Below, one piece after another: positions 10,878-21,093 of a stretch of DNA of 64,000 nt; position 1 is the first letter of the stretch; each line of letters opens with the position of its first letter. Made by a program: the position numbers and the translations under genes. Under the pieces are notes generated by a model. It was not told the DNA's origin, did not search any database, and saw only the letters and a program-made list of their open reading frames with translations. The stretch lies in assembly GCA_038883795.1 (NCBI GenBank), contig JAVZLK010000005.1, forward strand, positions 39,144 to 103,143. The letters are read 5' to 3'. This DNA comes from Candidatus Bathyarchaeia archaeon. GTDB taxonomy: Archaea; Thermoproteota; Bathyarchaeia; Bathyarchaeales; Bathycorpusculaceae.

Positions 10878-13244
10878 ATGGAAAAGAAAATGCCAAGAAT
10901 TGGAATTTTCGTCTGCGAATGCGGCGGAAACATAGGCGATGTCGTGGATATTAAGGCTGTTGTTGACGCAGTTAAAAACTGGGAAGGCGTAGTCACAGCA
11001 AAATACCACAAATATTTATGCAGCAAACCAGCCCAAGAAATGATACTCGAAGCCATAAAAAAAGAGAACCTTGACAGAGTTGTTGTCGCCAGCTGCACCC
11101 CAAGAATGCATTTAGCAACATTCCAGAACGTTCTGGAAAGGGCTGGCTTAAACCCCTACATGCTCGAATTTGTAAACATAAGAGAGCAAGACTCATGGGT
11201 TCATGGAACCCATGGATTATCCACGGAAGCGACAAAGAAGGCTATAAGCCTAATAAGAGGCGGATATGAGCGAAGCTTAGAGCTTGAGCCTCTCCAGCCC
11301 ATAAGCGAAAAAGGTTCAAGGGAAATTCTCATAATCGGCGGAGGAATAGCTGGCATAACCGCTGCCCTCGAGCTTGGCTATTTAGGCTTTAAAGTGCACT
11401 TGGTGGAGAGAAAACCAAGCATAGGCGGCAACATGGCAAAATTAACAAAAGTTTTTCCAACATTAGATTGCGCCCAATGCATACTCACACCGAGAATGGC
11501 GGAAGTGGGAAGAAACCCAAACGTGAACTTGCTGACCTTTTCCGAAGTGCAAGAAGTCAGCGGAAGACCAGGCAATTATACAGTTAAAGTTTTCATGAAA
11601 CCCCGCGGCGTAGATGTCGAAAAGTGCAGAAGCTGTGGAGTATGCGCAAAAGTTTGCCCTATCTCTGTTCCAGACGAATTTAATGAGGGCTTATCCCAGC
11701 GAAAAGCAGCTTACATAGAATTTCCACAAGCCGTCCCATCTGCTTACGCCATAGACTTTAATGCATGCACCAAATGCCGAAAATGCGAACAGCTTTGTCC
11801 AGCTAAAGCCATAAACATAGATGACCCGGGCAAAATTGTTGAATTAAATGTTGGAGCAATAATTTTGGCTACTGGATATGAGCTTTATGATGCACGTAAT
11901 TTGGAAATTTATGGTTATGGTAATTATAAAGACGTTATAACAATGATGGATTTGGAAAGGCTTACTTCTGCTACTGGACCAACAGGCGGCTATGTTAAGC
12001 GTGCAGATGGAAGCGATGTGCGCAAAATGGCTATTGTTCTATGTGCTGGTTCAAGGGACAAGAATTACATTCCCTATTGCAGTCGAATCTGCTGCATGTA
12101 CTCATTAAAGCAAGCTTTTGTGCTTAAGAAAATGTTAGGAATAGACGTTACAGTTTACTATATTGACATAAGGGCTACGGGAAAAGGCTACGAGGATTTG
12201 TACTGGCGAGACCAAGAAGCTGGTGTAATTTTTGTGAAGGGGAAAGTGGCTGAAATTTACAAGAACAATAATGGTAAGCTTGTTGTTTTGGCTGAGGACA
12301 CATTAACTGGCGAGATGCGGGAAGACGAATATGACATGGTGGCCTTAGCCACGCCCATGGTTCCGCCAAAAGGATTGAAGGAGTTGGCTGAAAAACTAAA
12401 AGTTCCATTAGGCGAGGATGGCTTTATTACAGAAAAGCATCCAAAACTTGACCCAGTGGATACGCTTGTTACTGGAATATTTGCCGGCGGCTGCGCCCTC
12501 AGCCCAAAAGATGTGCGTGACACGGTTTCTGACGGTTTAGGAGCTGCTGCTAAAGCATCATTATTCCTTAAAAGCGATTATGTAACAACAAGCCCAGAAA
12601 AAGCCTTTGTAATTGCTGATTTATGCAATGGCTGCAAAGCCTGCGTTCCAATTTGCCCAGTAAACGCCATAAGCATGCAGGAAGACAAAGCGAAAATTGA
12701 CCCATTCCAATGTATTGGTTGTGGCGCATGCATCCCAGTCTGTCCACAAGAGGCTATTGATTTCAAGAATTCAACAAGTAGACAGATTATTGCTGAACTG
12801 CGAGGTGTTTTGGCTGATAAGGCAGCAGACGAAGTTAGGATTATAGCTTTTGTGGATAAGAATGTGGGTTATACGGGCATGGACTTTTTAGGGCTTGACC
12901 GAGCAGTTTACCCAGAAAACGTGCGAATTGTGGCTGTTCCATCCACCGCAATCTTGGGTTTAAAGCACCTGCTAGCTGCGTTTGCTTTCGGCGCCGATGG
13001 CATTCTAGTCATCGAAGGAAGCGAAGAAATCGATGAAAAATTCACTAAAAAAAGAATGATTGACATGACAAGAGAATTAGCCAAATATGGCGTTGAAAGC
13101 ATGCGAGTACGTTACAGTTACGTGCCCCTACCAGTTTATAAAAAAGCGGCTGAACTCTTCAACATGTTCGCAGAGAGAATCAAAAAATTCGGTCCATTAA
13201 CGGATGAAAAACGCAACACAATAAGACAGCAAATCAAAATCTAA
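10878..13244 (+). CDS. hdrA: Heterodisulfide reductase subunit A with a degenerate C-terminal MvhD-like domain (HdrA-1)
   Basis: VCECGGNI, ASCTPR, GGGIAG, FPTLDCAQC, inserted ferredoxin, CAGSRD...CSRICC, C-terminal ferredoxin, then an MvhD-like tail without cysteines. Confidence 0.92.
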   Translation: MEKKMPRIGIFVCECGGNIGDVVDIKAVVDAVKNWEGVVTAKYHKYLCSKPAQEMILEAIKKENLDRVVVASCTPRMHLATFQNVLERAGLNPYMLEFVNIREQDSWVHGTHGLSTEATKKAISLIRGGYERSLELEPLQPISEKGSREILIIGGGIAGITAALELGYLGFKVHLVERKPSIGGNMAKLTKVFPTLDCAQCILTPRMAEVGRNPNVNLLTFSEVQEVSGRPGNYTVKVFMKPRGVDVEKCRSCGVCAKVCPISVPDEFNEGLSQRKAAYIEFPQAVPSAYAIDFNACTKCRKCEQLCPAKAINIDDPGKIVELNVGAIILATGYELYDARNLEIYGYGNYKDVITMMDLERLTSATGPTGGYVKRADGSDVRKMAIVLCAGSRDKNYIPYCSRICCMYSLKQAFVLKKMLGIDVTVYYIDIRATGKGYEDLYWRDQEAGVIFVKGKVAEIYKNNNGKLVVLAEDTLTGEMREDEYDMVALATPMVPPKGLKELAEKLKVPLGEDGFITEKHPKLDPVDTLVTGIFAGGCALSPKDVRDTVSDGLGAAAKASLFLKSDYVTTSPEKAFVIADLCNGCKACVPICPVNAISMQEDKAKIDPFQCIGCGACIPVCPQEAIDFKNSTSRQIIAELRGVLADKAADEVRIIAFVDKNVGYTGMDFLGLDRAVYPENVRIVAVPSTAILGLKHLLAAFAFGADGILVIEGSEEIDEKFTKKRMIDMTRELAKYGVESMRVRYSYVPLPVYKKAAELFNMFAERIKKFGPLTDEKRNTIRQQIKI

Positions 13245-13328
13245 ATAAGCATGTTAAAATTGTAGTTTCGAGTCGCAAAGTTTAATTTTCATGTCAAACT
13301 CAACATTCACAAAAGAGGCTATCCTACC

Positions 13329-16124
13329 ATGGTTACTTTGTATTTAGATAAAATTTTTAATCCCCGAAGCGTTGCCATAATCGGCGCCAGCGACGAGGAA
13401 GGAAGCGTAGGCTATGCTTTAATGAGAAATTTTATTGATTTAGGCTTTGATGGAAAAGTTTATGCTGTTAACATTCGCAAAAATGAAATTTTAGGTTTAA
13501 AAGCTTACCAATCTGTAGACCAAATTCCAGAACCAGTAGACCTTGCAGTGATTGCAACTCCAGCCAAAACTGTTCCAGACATTGTGGAACAATGTGGAAA
13601 GGCTGGGATAAAAGGTATAATCATAATTAGTGCGGGCTTTAAGGAAATTGGATCAGAAGGCAAAGCCTTAGAGGATAGGATTCTTGAAATAAAAAACAAG
13701 TATGGTTTGCGCATTATTGGACCAAACTGTCTGGGCATAATCCGTCCAAGCATAAAACTTAACGCCACATTTATTAATAAAACGCCAAAGCCGGGCAACA
13801 TAGCCTTCATAAGCCAGTCTGGAGCCTTGGGCTCGGCAATTTTAGACTGGGCTATTCGGGAAAATATCGGCTTCAGCAACTTCGTATCTGTAGGTTCAAT
13901 GCTGGATGTGGATTTCGGCGATTTAATAGACTATTTCGGCACAGACCCACAAACAAGAAGCATACTAATGTACATAGAAGGCTTAACAGACGCCAGAAAA
14001 TTCCTCTCAGCCGCCCGCCACTTCGCAAGAACAAAACCAATAATCGTAGTTAAGGCTGGAAAATTCTCGGAAAGCGCAAAGGCTGCAGCTAGTCATACGG
14101 GTTCTCTTACGGGTGAAGATGTTGTTTATGATGCTGCTTTTAAGCGTGCTGGAATTGTTCGCGTTGAAGAAATCGCCGACTTATTTAATTGCGCCGAAGT
14201 TTTGGGCATGCAACCACTGCCGAAAGGTCCAAACCTTGTCATAATAACTAATGCTGGTGGACCAGGAGTTATGGCTACAGACGCTCTCATAGCGAGGGGC
14301 GGAAAACTGGCGAAGCTTAGCCCGAAAACAATGGAATACCTTAACAGCATTCTCCCCCATTATTGGAGTAGGGGAAACCCCGTTGACATTTTGGGGGATG
14401 CCAAAGCAGACCGTTATAGGGCGGTTTTGGAAGCTTGTCTGGACGACGAGAATGTTGATGGTGTATTAATTATTTATACTGCTCAAGCTGTGGCGGAACC
14501 AGTAGAAATTGCAAAAAGCACAGTTGAAGTATGCAAAAACAGGGGTTACCAAAGTAAAACAGTTTTAACCTCTTTTATGGGTAGTGGAGCAGTGGAAGAA
14601 GCTAACAGAATTTTTAATCAAAACAGCATTCCCACATACGCCACTCCGGAGCAAGCGGTTAAAACATATCTTTACATGTACCAATACAAACGCAACCTTG
14701 AGCTTCTTTATGAGACACCGGAAGAGTTGCCGGTTGATGCTGCTCCGCCGAAGCGTCCCATAATGGTGATAATGAGAAACGCTGCCCTGGAAAATCGTGA
14801 ACTCTTGAACGAAGCGGAAGCCAAAAAACTATTGGAATATTATGATTTCCCAGTTATAAAAACTGCGGTGGCTAAAACACCGGATGAAGCGGCAAATGTA
14901 GCCATGCAAATTGGCTATCCAGTCGTTCTTAAAATTTTGTCGCCCCAGATAATTCATAAAACCGAGGCTGGTGGCGTAATTCTTGACATAAATTCTGAGG
15001 TTGAGCTTAGAGAGGCTTTTGAATGTATCATGGAAAGAGCGAAAAAGTATAATCCAAATGCTGAAATTTTGGGCGTCACGGTTCAGAAAATGGTAAAGAA
15101 GCGTGGATATGAAATAATAATTGGGGCAAAGACAGATCCACTTTTTGGTCCAGTTATCTTGTTCGGGATGGGCGGAATTGGCGTAGAACTCTTTAAAGAT
15201 TTTTCCGTTGGGCTTCCGCCTTTGAATCAGACATTAGTTAGAAGGCTTATGGAAGAAACTAAGGTTTACCAGCTTTTAAAAGGCTATAGAAATGTGCCTC
15301 CTGCCAACCTTAAACTTCTTGAAGAATTAATAGTTCGTTTCTCTCAGCTTCTTATAGACTTTCCGCAACTGAAAGAAGTCGACATTAACCCACTATTTAT
15401 AGATGAAAACGACGCTGTAATCATAGACGCCAGAATTGTCATCGATAAAGAAAAAGTATTCCAAAAACTTGAGCCTCACCAGCATCTGGTAATAAGCCCC
15501 TATCCTAAGAAGTATGAAACTTTGTGGAGGATGCGGAACGGACGCACGGTTTTGCTTAGGCCAATAAAACCCGAAGATGAGCCTTTATGGTTGGAGATGT
15601 TTAGGAATTTCTCTGAGGAATCCATACGTTTTAGGTTCTTCCAAATAATTAAAGACACGCCTCATGAGGTGCGGGTGAGATATTGCAATATTGATTATGA
15701 TAGGGAAATAGCCATAGTTGCAGAACTAACAGAAAATGGGCAAAGAAAAATCCTCGGCGTGGCGAGAGTAAGCTTAGAACCAGACAGAAAAAGTGGCGAA
15801 ATAGCCTTTATTGTGGCTGATCCATGGCAAGGTTTGGGCTTGGGAACAAAAATGGTGGATTATACAATTGAAATTTGCAAAGAAGTTGGAGTTGAAACCC
15901 TTTACGCCATAATGCTTCCAGACAATCATAGAGCAATAAACCTCACAAAGAAAATGGGGTTTACGCTTAAGTATCAAGAGGACGGCACAGTTAAAGGAAT
16001 TTTAAACTTGAAGGAAGAATCAATACGAAGTCAAGAAGAAAAGCTTCAAGAAAAAGCGCAGGTTGTGGCAGCACCTTCTGAACAAAAAGAGCAAAGAAGA
16101 GAAGCAGAAACCGTTAGCAGTTAA
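13329..16124 (+). CDS. ADP-forming acyl-CoA synthetase alpha-beta fusion with C-terminal GNAT domain (Pat/YfiQ-like architecture)
   Basis: IGAS, GPNCLG, SQSGA, SHTGSL, NAGGPG, NPVD, IHKTEAGGV and DINPL, followed by GNAT (LRPIKPED...YCNIDYDRE...WQGLGLG). Confidence 0.9.
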   Translation: MVTLYLDKIFNPRSVAIIGASDEEGSVGYALMRNFIDLGFDGKVYAVNIRKNEILGLKAYQSVDQIPEPVDLAVIATPAKTVPDIVEQCGKAGIKGIIIISAGFKEIGSEGKALEDRILEIKNKYGLRIIGPNCLGIIRPSIKLNATFINKTPKPGNIAFISQSGALGSAILDWAIRENIGFSNFVSVGSMLDVDFGDLIDYFGTDPQTRSILMYIEGLTDARKFLSAARHFARTKPIIVVKAGKFSESAKAAASHTGSLTGEDVVYDAAFKRAGIVRVEEIADLFNCAEVLGMQPLPKGPNLVIITNAGGPGVMATDALIARGGKLAKLSPKTMEYLNSILPHYWSRGNPVDILGDAKADRYRAVLEACLDDENVDGVLIIYTAQAVAEPVEIAKSTVEVCKNRGYQSKTVLTSFMGSGAVEEANRIFNQNSIPTYATPEQAVKTYLYMYQYKRNLELLYETPEELPVDAAPPKRPIMVIMRNAALENRELLNEAEAKKLLEYYDFPVIKTAVAKTPDEAANVAMQIGYPVVLKILSPQIIHKTEAGGVILDINSEVELREAFECIMERAKKYNPNAEILGVTVQKMVKKRGYEIIIGAKTDPLFGPVILFGMGGIGVELFKDFSVGLPPLNQTLVRRLMEETKVYQLLKGYRNVPPANLKLLEELIVRFSQLLIDFPQLKEVDINPLFIDENDAVIIDARIVIDKEKVFQKLEPHQHLVISPYPKKYETLWRMRNGRTVLLRPIKPEDEPLWLEMFRNFSEESIRFRFFQIIKDTPHEVRVRYCNIDYDREIAIVAELTENGQRKILGVARVSLEPDRKSGEIAFIVADPWQGLGLGTKMVDYTIEICKEVGVETLYAIMLPDNHRAINLTKKMGFTLKYQEDGTVKGILNLKEESIRSQEEKLQEKAQVVAAPSEQKEQRREAETVSS

Positions 16125-16265
16125 AACATTATACTACAATTTAAATTAAACGTAACGCAAAAAATTTTATAGTCTTTTTTCTATTTACGAATGGCTAAAT
16201 TTAAATTATAGAAATGCGATTATCTTTCTCTTTCATTGAAAAGCTTCACTTAGTTTGGTGATGAG

Positions 16266-17204
16266 ATGGAGAAGTTAAAAGTAGCCTTTTACTGGGCTGC
16301 AAGCTGTGGAGGCTGCGAAATAGCTGTTTTAGATATAAACGAAAAAATTCTCGATGTAGTAGCAAAAGCAGACATTGTCTTCTGGCCCGTGGCAATGGAC
16401 ATAAAATATAAAGATGTTGAGGCTATGCCAGACAAAAGCATCTATGCCTGTTTCTTTAATGGCGCAATACGCAACAGCGAACAAGAGTATTTGGCAAAAC
16501 TGTTGAGACAAAAATCAAAAATTCTCGTGGCTTTCGGCTCATGCGCTTGTGACGGATGCGTTGTGGGATTAGGAAACCTTTGGAATAAGAAAGCAATATT
16601 TGAACGTGCATACTTTGAAACTCCTTCCACTAAAAATCCGCAATCAGTAACGCCTCAAACCAGCCTCAAAGTGAAAGAGGGAGAGCTTGAACTTCCAGAA
16701 TTCTACGACACTGTAAAAACTTTAGCCCAAACAGTTGAAGTGGACTATTTCATTTCAGGCTGTCCGCCGCCAGTTCCGCGGATAATTGAAGCTTTTGATG
16801 CAATACTAAGTGGTAAGCTGCCTCCAAAAGGCTTAAGTTTCCTATTAAACAAGTCAATATGCGACGAATGCTCCAGAGAAAAGAAGGATAGAAAAGTTAC
16901 CCAAGTAAAGAGAATCTACGAAATAGAAGACGATTTTAAAACATGCTTCTTAGACCAAGGCGTCGTATGCATGGGTCCAGCAACCCGCGGCGGATGCGGC
17001 GCCCAATGTTTGAAGGCGAACATTCCATGCACTGGCTGTGGCGGTCCAGCCCCAAGAGTGACAGACCAAGGCGCAGCCATGATAAGCGCCTTTGCCTCCA
17101 TCGCAACAGAGCCAAAAGTCATAGAACAAGTCGTAGACCCCGTTGGAACCTTTTACAAGTATTCCCTTGCAAATTCCATTCTACGAAGGAGAGTGATTAA
17201 ATGA
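16266..17204 (+). CDS. mvhG: Group 3c [NiFe]-hydrogenase small subunit (copy 1)
   Basis: ASCGGCE, FGSCA, GCPP and CMGPATRGGCGAQC...PCTGCGG. Confidence 0.9.
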   Translation: MEKLKVAFYWAASCGGCEIAVLDINEKILDVVAKADIVFWPVAMDIKYKDVEAMPDKSIYACFFNGAIRNSEQEYLAKLLRQKSKILVAFGSCACDGCVVGLGNLWNKKAIFERAYFETPSTKNPQSVTPQTSLKVKEGELELPEFYDTVKTLAQTVEVDYFISGCPPPVPRIIEAFDAILSGKLPPKGLSFLLNKSICDECSREKKDRKVTQVKRIYEIEDDFKTCFLDQGVVCMGPATRGGCGAQCLKANIPCTGCGGPAPRVTDQGAAMISAFASIATEPKVIEQVVDPVGTFYKYSLANSILRRRVIK

Positions 17205-18664
17205 AAGAAATAGTAATAAACCCAATCACAAGACTTGAAGGCCACGGAAAAATAACAATCTTCTTAAACGAAGAGGGAAATGTGGAAGAAGCCTACTTCC
17301 AAGTCCCAGAACTCAGAGGCTTCGAAAAATTCTGTGAAGGAAGAAGGGCTGAAGACTTACCAATAATAACCACAAGAATTTGCGGCGTCTGCCCAGTAGC
17401 CCACCACATGGCTGGAGCCAAAGCCTTAGACGCAGCATTTAACGTAGAACCTCCAGAAACAGCCAAAAAACTTAGGGAGCTCATGTATTGCGGTTATTAC
17501 CTTTACGACCACACATTACACTTCTACTATTTAGGAGCCCCAGACTTTGTAGTTGGACCCGACGCCCCTCCAGCCAAAAGAAACGTTCTCGGAGTGATAG
17601 AAAAAGTTGGTCTCGAAATCGGCAAGGAAGTTATAAAGCATAGGGCTTATGGACAAAAGATAACAGAAATATTGGGCGGCAAGGCAACCCACCCCGTGAG
17701 CGCTTGTGTTCCAGGCGGAATTGCAAAATCCTTGTCTGAAGAGGAGAGGCAAGAGATTGAGAAAATGGTGAGAAGCTTCATAGAATTCGCAAAATTCACC
17801 CTCAAAATCTTTGATGACGTTGTCCTAAAAAACACTAATTATGTGAACCTAATTAAAAGCGAACCCTACACCCTAAAAACCTATTATATGGGAACAGTTG
17901 ACAAAAACAACAAAGTAAACTTCTACGACGGCAAAGTCCGCGTTGTAGACCCACAAGGAAAAGAGTTCGTCAAATTTTCTCCAAAAGAATACTTGGATGT
18001 TATTGAAGAGCATGTTGAACCATGGACATATGTTAAACTGCCCTACCTAAAAAAGGTTGGATGGAAAGGACTTGTAGGCGGACAAGACAGTGGACTATAC
18101 AGGGTTGGTCCCCTTGGAAGACTTAACGCTGCAGAGGGTATGGCGACACCCATAGCCCAAGCAGAATACGAAAGAATGTATAAAACCTTAGGAGGAAAAC
18201 CGGTTCATCATACTTTGGCTTATCATTGGGCTAGGGTGATAGAGCTAATGTATGCGGCTGAAAGAGCATTAGAATTGGTAACGGACCCGGAAATAACTGG
18301 AAAGGACATTAGAAACAAGCCTGGAAAACCAGGCGAAGGCGTCGGCATAGTGGAAGCAGCAAGAGGAACACTTATTCACCACTATCAACTTGATGAAAAC
18401 GCCTTAGCCAAAAAAGTCAACCTGATAGTAGCCACAACCCACAATGCGCCGAGTATTTGTATATCCGTAAAAAATGCAGCAAAAAGCCTCATACGAAACG
18501 GCAAAGTCAACGATGGAATATTAAACATGGTTGAAATGGCGTTTAGAGCCTATGACCCATGCTTTGCTTGTGCAACCCACATGGCTATTGGGGAGATGCC
18601 ATTAAAAATTGAAATTTACAATCATGAAAGGCAACTGTTAAAAACTATAAGGAGAGGGGGATGA
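17201..18664 (+). CDS. mvhA: Group 3c [NiFe]-hydrogenase large subunit (copy 1)
   Basis: TRLEGH, RGFE, L1 RICGVC and L2 YDPCFACATH followed by a cleavable C-terminal tail. Confidence 0.93.
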   Translation: MKEIVINPITRLEGHGKITIFLNEEGNVEEAYFQVPELRGFEKFCEGRRAEDLPIITTRICGVCPVAHHMAGAKALDAAFNVEPPETAKKLRELMYCGYYLYDHTLHFYYLGAPDFVVGPDAPPAKRNVLGVIEKVGLEIGKEVIKHRAYGQKITEILGGKATHPVSACVPGGIAKSLSEEERQEIEKMVRSFIEFAKFTLKIFDDVVLKNTNYVNLIKSEPYTLKTYYMGTVDKNNKVNFYDGKVRVVDPQGKEFVKFSPKEYLDVIEEHVEPWTYVKLPYLKKVGWKGLVGGQDSGLYRVGPLGRLNAAEGMATPIAQAEYERMYKTLGGKPVHHTLAYHWARVIELMYAAERALELVTDPEITGKDIRNKPGKPGEGVGIVEAARGTLIHHYQLDENALAKKVNLIVATTHNAPSICISVKNAAKSLIRNGKVNDGILNMVEMAFRAYDPCFACATHMAIGEMPLKIEIYNHERQLLKTIRRGG

Positions 18665-21084
18665 AAATGGATAAGGTTAAGGTTGGTGTGTTCCTTTCCG
18701 ACTGTGGAAATCAACTGTCCCAAATCCTCGACTTCGACGCCCTAATCGGTTTCGTAAAGGGAGTTTCTGGAGTTGCGCTTGTTGCCAGAGCCAGCGAATT
18801 TTGGCGTGGCGAAGGACTAAAAACCATCGTTGACGCTGTTAAAGGCAAAAAGGTAAACCGTGTTGTTGTTGCAGAAACAATTCCAAAACTAAGCGAAATA
18901 AACATTCTTGAGGCTGTGGAAAAAGCTGGGCTTAACCCATATTTAACAGAGATAATAGACTTAAAAGACCATTGCGCTTGGCCTCATAAAGACTCGCCTA
19001 AAGAAGCTACGGAAAAGGCTAAAGCAATGCTTTTGGCTGCCATTGAGCGGGTCAAACTTCTTGAGCCCATAGAGAAGCTTGAGTTTCCGGCAACCAAATC
19101 CGTTTTGGTCATAGGCGGTGGCATAGCTGGAATGCAAGCAGCAGAAGACTTGGCAGAAATGGGATTTGAAGTGTACTTAATCGAGAAAGAGCCATTTCTT
19201 GGAGGCTTGGCTGCTCGAGCTGGGCGCTTCTTCCCAACAGACGATTGCGCCATATGCATTCAATCTCCAGCTTCAGACGTGAAAAATGTGACACATACTT
19301 CTCGAAAATGCGTTTACCGCTCAGGTTTTACGGAAATTCCAAACCTCAACGTGCTAACAAATTCGAAGGTTTTAAAAGTTGAAGGCGTGCCGGGAAACTA
19401 TAAGGTTACAATAGAGAAGAAGCCAAGATATGTGAATGAAGAAAAATGTGTTGCCTGCGATTTATGCACAACCGTTTGCCCTGTAGAAGTTCCAGACACA
19501 TATAATGCTAATCTCAAAAAACGCAAAGCCATATACATAAACACGCCAATAGTTTATCCACCAGTCTACGTTATCGATGCCAGCGCCTGCAAATTTGACG
19601 AATGCGCCAAATGCGTGGAAGTTTGCCCAACAAAAGCCATAGAATTAAACCAAAAAAGCAAGAAAATGACGTTAAACGTTGGCAGCATAATAGTTGCCAC
19701 GGGCTTTAAAGAATATGACCCAAGCGTGATAAAGGAATACCATTACGGTGAATACCCAGACGTTATAACACAGCTTGAACTGGCAAGGATGATTGATGGT
19801 TTTGGTCCCACAAAGGGCATGATAATTAGACCTTCTGATGGGAAACCAGCCAAAAGAATAGTCTTCGTGCAATGTGTTGGTTCTAGAGATAGGCGTTGGA
19901 ACCCATGGTGTTCAAGCATCTGCTGCATGATATCGCTAAAACATGCTACGCTAATTAAATCGGCCTATCCAGACACTGATGTGACAATATGCTATATTGA
20001 CATAAGAACCACTGGAAGAGAACACGAATACTATTATGAACGAGCAAGAGAGATGGGAGTAAAATTCGTGAAGGGCAGACCGACAGAAATTTTGCATGAT
20101 CCAGAAGCGAATGTTTTAGTTGTTGATGTTGAAGATGAGCTTCTGCGCAGATTCTTAGAATTGGAAGCTGACTTGGTAGTTTTGGCGCCTTCCATGGTTC
20201 CAGCGGATGGCACAAAGGAGCTTGCTGAAATTTTAGGTTTAGAATTTGAAGAGGATGGTTTCTTTAAGGAATATAACGCCAAGCTTAGGCCAACAGAAAC
20301 CAAAAAGAGGGGGATTTTCCTCTGCGGCGGAGCCACATTTCCAAAAGATGCTCCAACAACATCCCTTCAAGCCCATTCAGCGGCTATGAAAGCCGCCAAG
20401 TTTCTTAACATGGGCAAAATAGTTAAAGACCAAAGGACCGCCATTGTAAACGAAGAATATTGTGGCGACTGCGAATTTTGTCCAGTCACTTGTCCTTATG
20501 GCGCCATAACTTTGACGCCTAAAGGTGATGGACATTTTGTTGCAAAAATATCAGACCTCCTATGTGAAGGATGTGGCGTCTGTGTTGGCACATGTCCAGT
20601 TAACGCCATTGAACTCAGACATTTCAAACAAAACCAAATTTTAGCCCAAATGAGAGCTTTGCTTTCAATAAATGGAACATCAAAACCCCTAGTTCTGGCA
20701 ATAACCTGCTCAGAATGCGGGAACGCAGCTGTGGATTCTTCTGGCATGGCTATGATGCAGTATCCAGCCAATGTGAGAATAATGAGGGTTCCATGCACTG
20801 GAATTTTACAAGTTCAGCAAATCCTTGAAGCCTTTAGGGCGGGCGCCCAAGGCGTTATGGTTGTGGGATGCAAAACTGATGGCTGCCACTATGAGGTTGG
20901 GAGTCAAATAGCCCAGAGAAAAGTGGAATTGGCGAAAATGTTGCTTAAAGAGTATGGCATAGAACCCGAACGACTGGAAATGTTCAACATGGTTTACATA
21001 GAAGGAGACAAATTTGCCGAAGCTGCAAAAATGATGACTGAAAGAGTAGAGAAACTCGGTTTCATCCAATTACCATTCTCATGA
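18661..21084 (+). CDS. hdrA: HdrA-MvhD fusion with a degenerate N-terminal domain (HdrA-2)
   Basis: GGGIAG, FPTDDCAIC, CVGSRD..CSSICC, ferredoxin domains, and an intact MvhD tail (CSEC, VPCTG, GCKTDGCHY). Confidence 0.92.
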   Translation: MKMDKVKVGVFLSDCGNQLSQILDFDALIGFVKGVSGVALVARASEFWRGEGLKTIVDAVKGKKVNRVVVAETIPKLSEINILEAVEKAGLNPYLTEIIDLKDHCAWPHKDSPKEATEKAKAMLLAAIERVKLLEPIEKLEFPATKSVLVIGGGIAGMQAAEDLAEMGFEVYLIEKEPFLGGLAARAGRFFPTDDCAICIQSPASDVKNVTHTSRKCVYRSGFTEIPNLNVLTNSKVLKVEGVPGNYKVTIEKKPRYVNEEKCVACDLCTTVCPVEVPDTYNANLKKRKAIYINTPIVYPPVYVIDASACKFDECAKCVEVCPTKAIELNQKSKKMTLNVGSIIVATGFKEYDPSVIKEYHYGEYPDVITQLELARMIDGFGPTKGMIIRPSDGKPAKRIVFVQCVGSRDRRWNPWCSSICCMISLKHATLIKSAYPDTDVTICYIDIRTTGREHEYYYERAREMGVKFVKGRPTEILHDPEANVLVVDVEDELLRRFLELEADLVVLAPSMVPADGTKELAEILGLEFEEDGFFKEYNAKLRPTETKKRGIFLCGGATFPKDAPTTSLQAHSAAMKAAKFLNMGKIVKDQRTAIVNEEYCGDCEFCPVTCPYGAITLTPKGDGHFVAKISDLLCEGCGVCVGTCPVNAIELRHFKQNQILAQMRALLSINGTSKPLVLAITCSECGNAAVDSSGMAMMQYPANVRIMRVPCTGILQVQQILEAFRAGAQGVMVVGCKTDGCHYEVGSQIAQRKVELAKMLLKEYGIEPERLEMFNMVYIEGDKFAEAAKMMTERVEKLGFIQLPFS

Positions 21085-21093
21085 TGGAGATAA

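Noticed and set aside
16138-16208. AATTTAAATTA repeated 60 bp apart upstream of mvhG copy 1
   Set aside because: A pure A/T palindrome in an AT-rich intergenic region; chance or TATA elements cannot be excluded.
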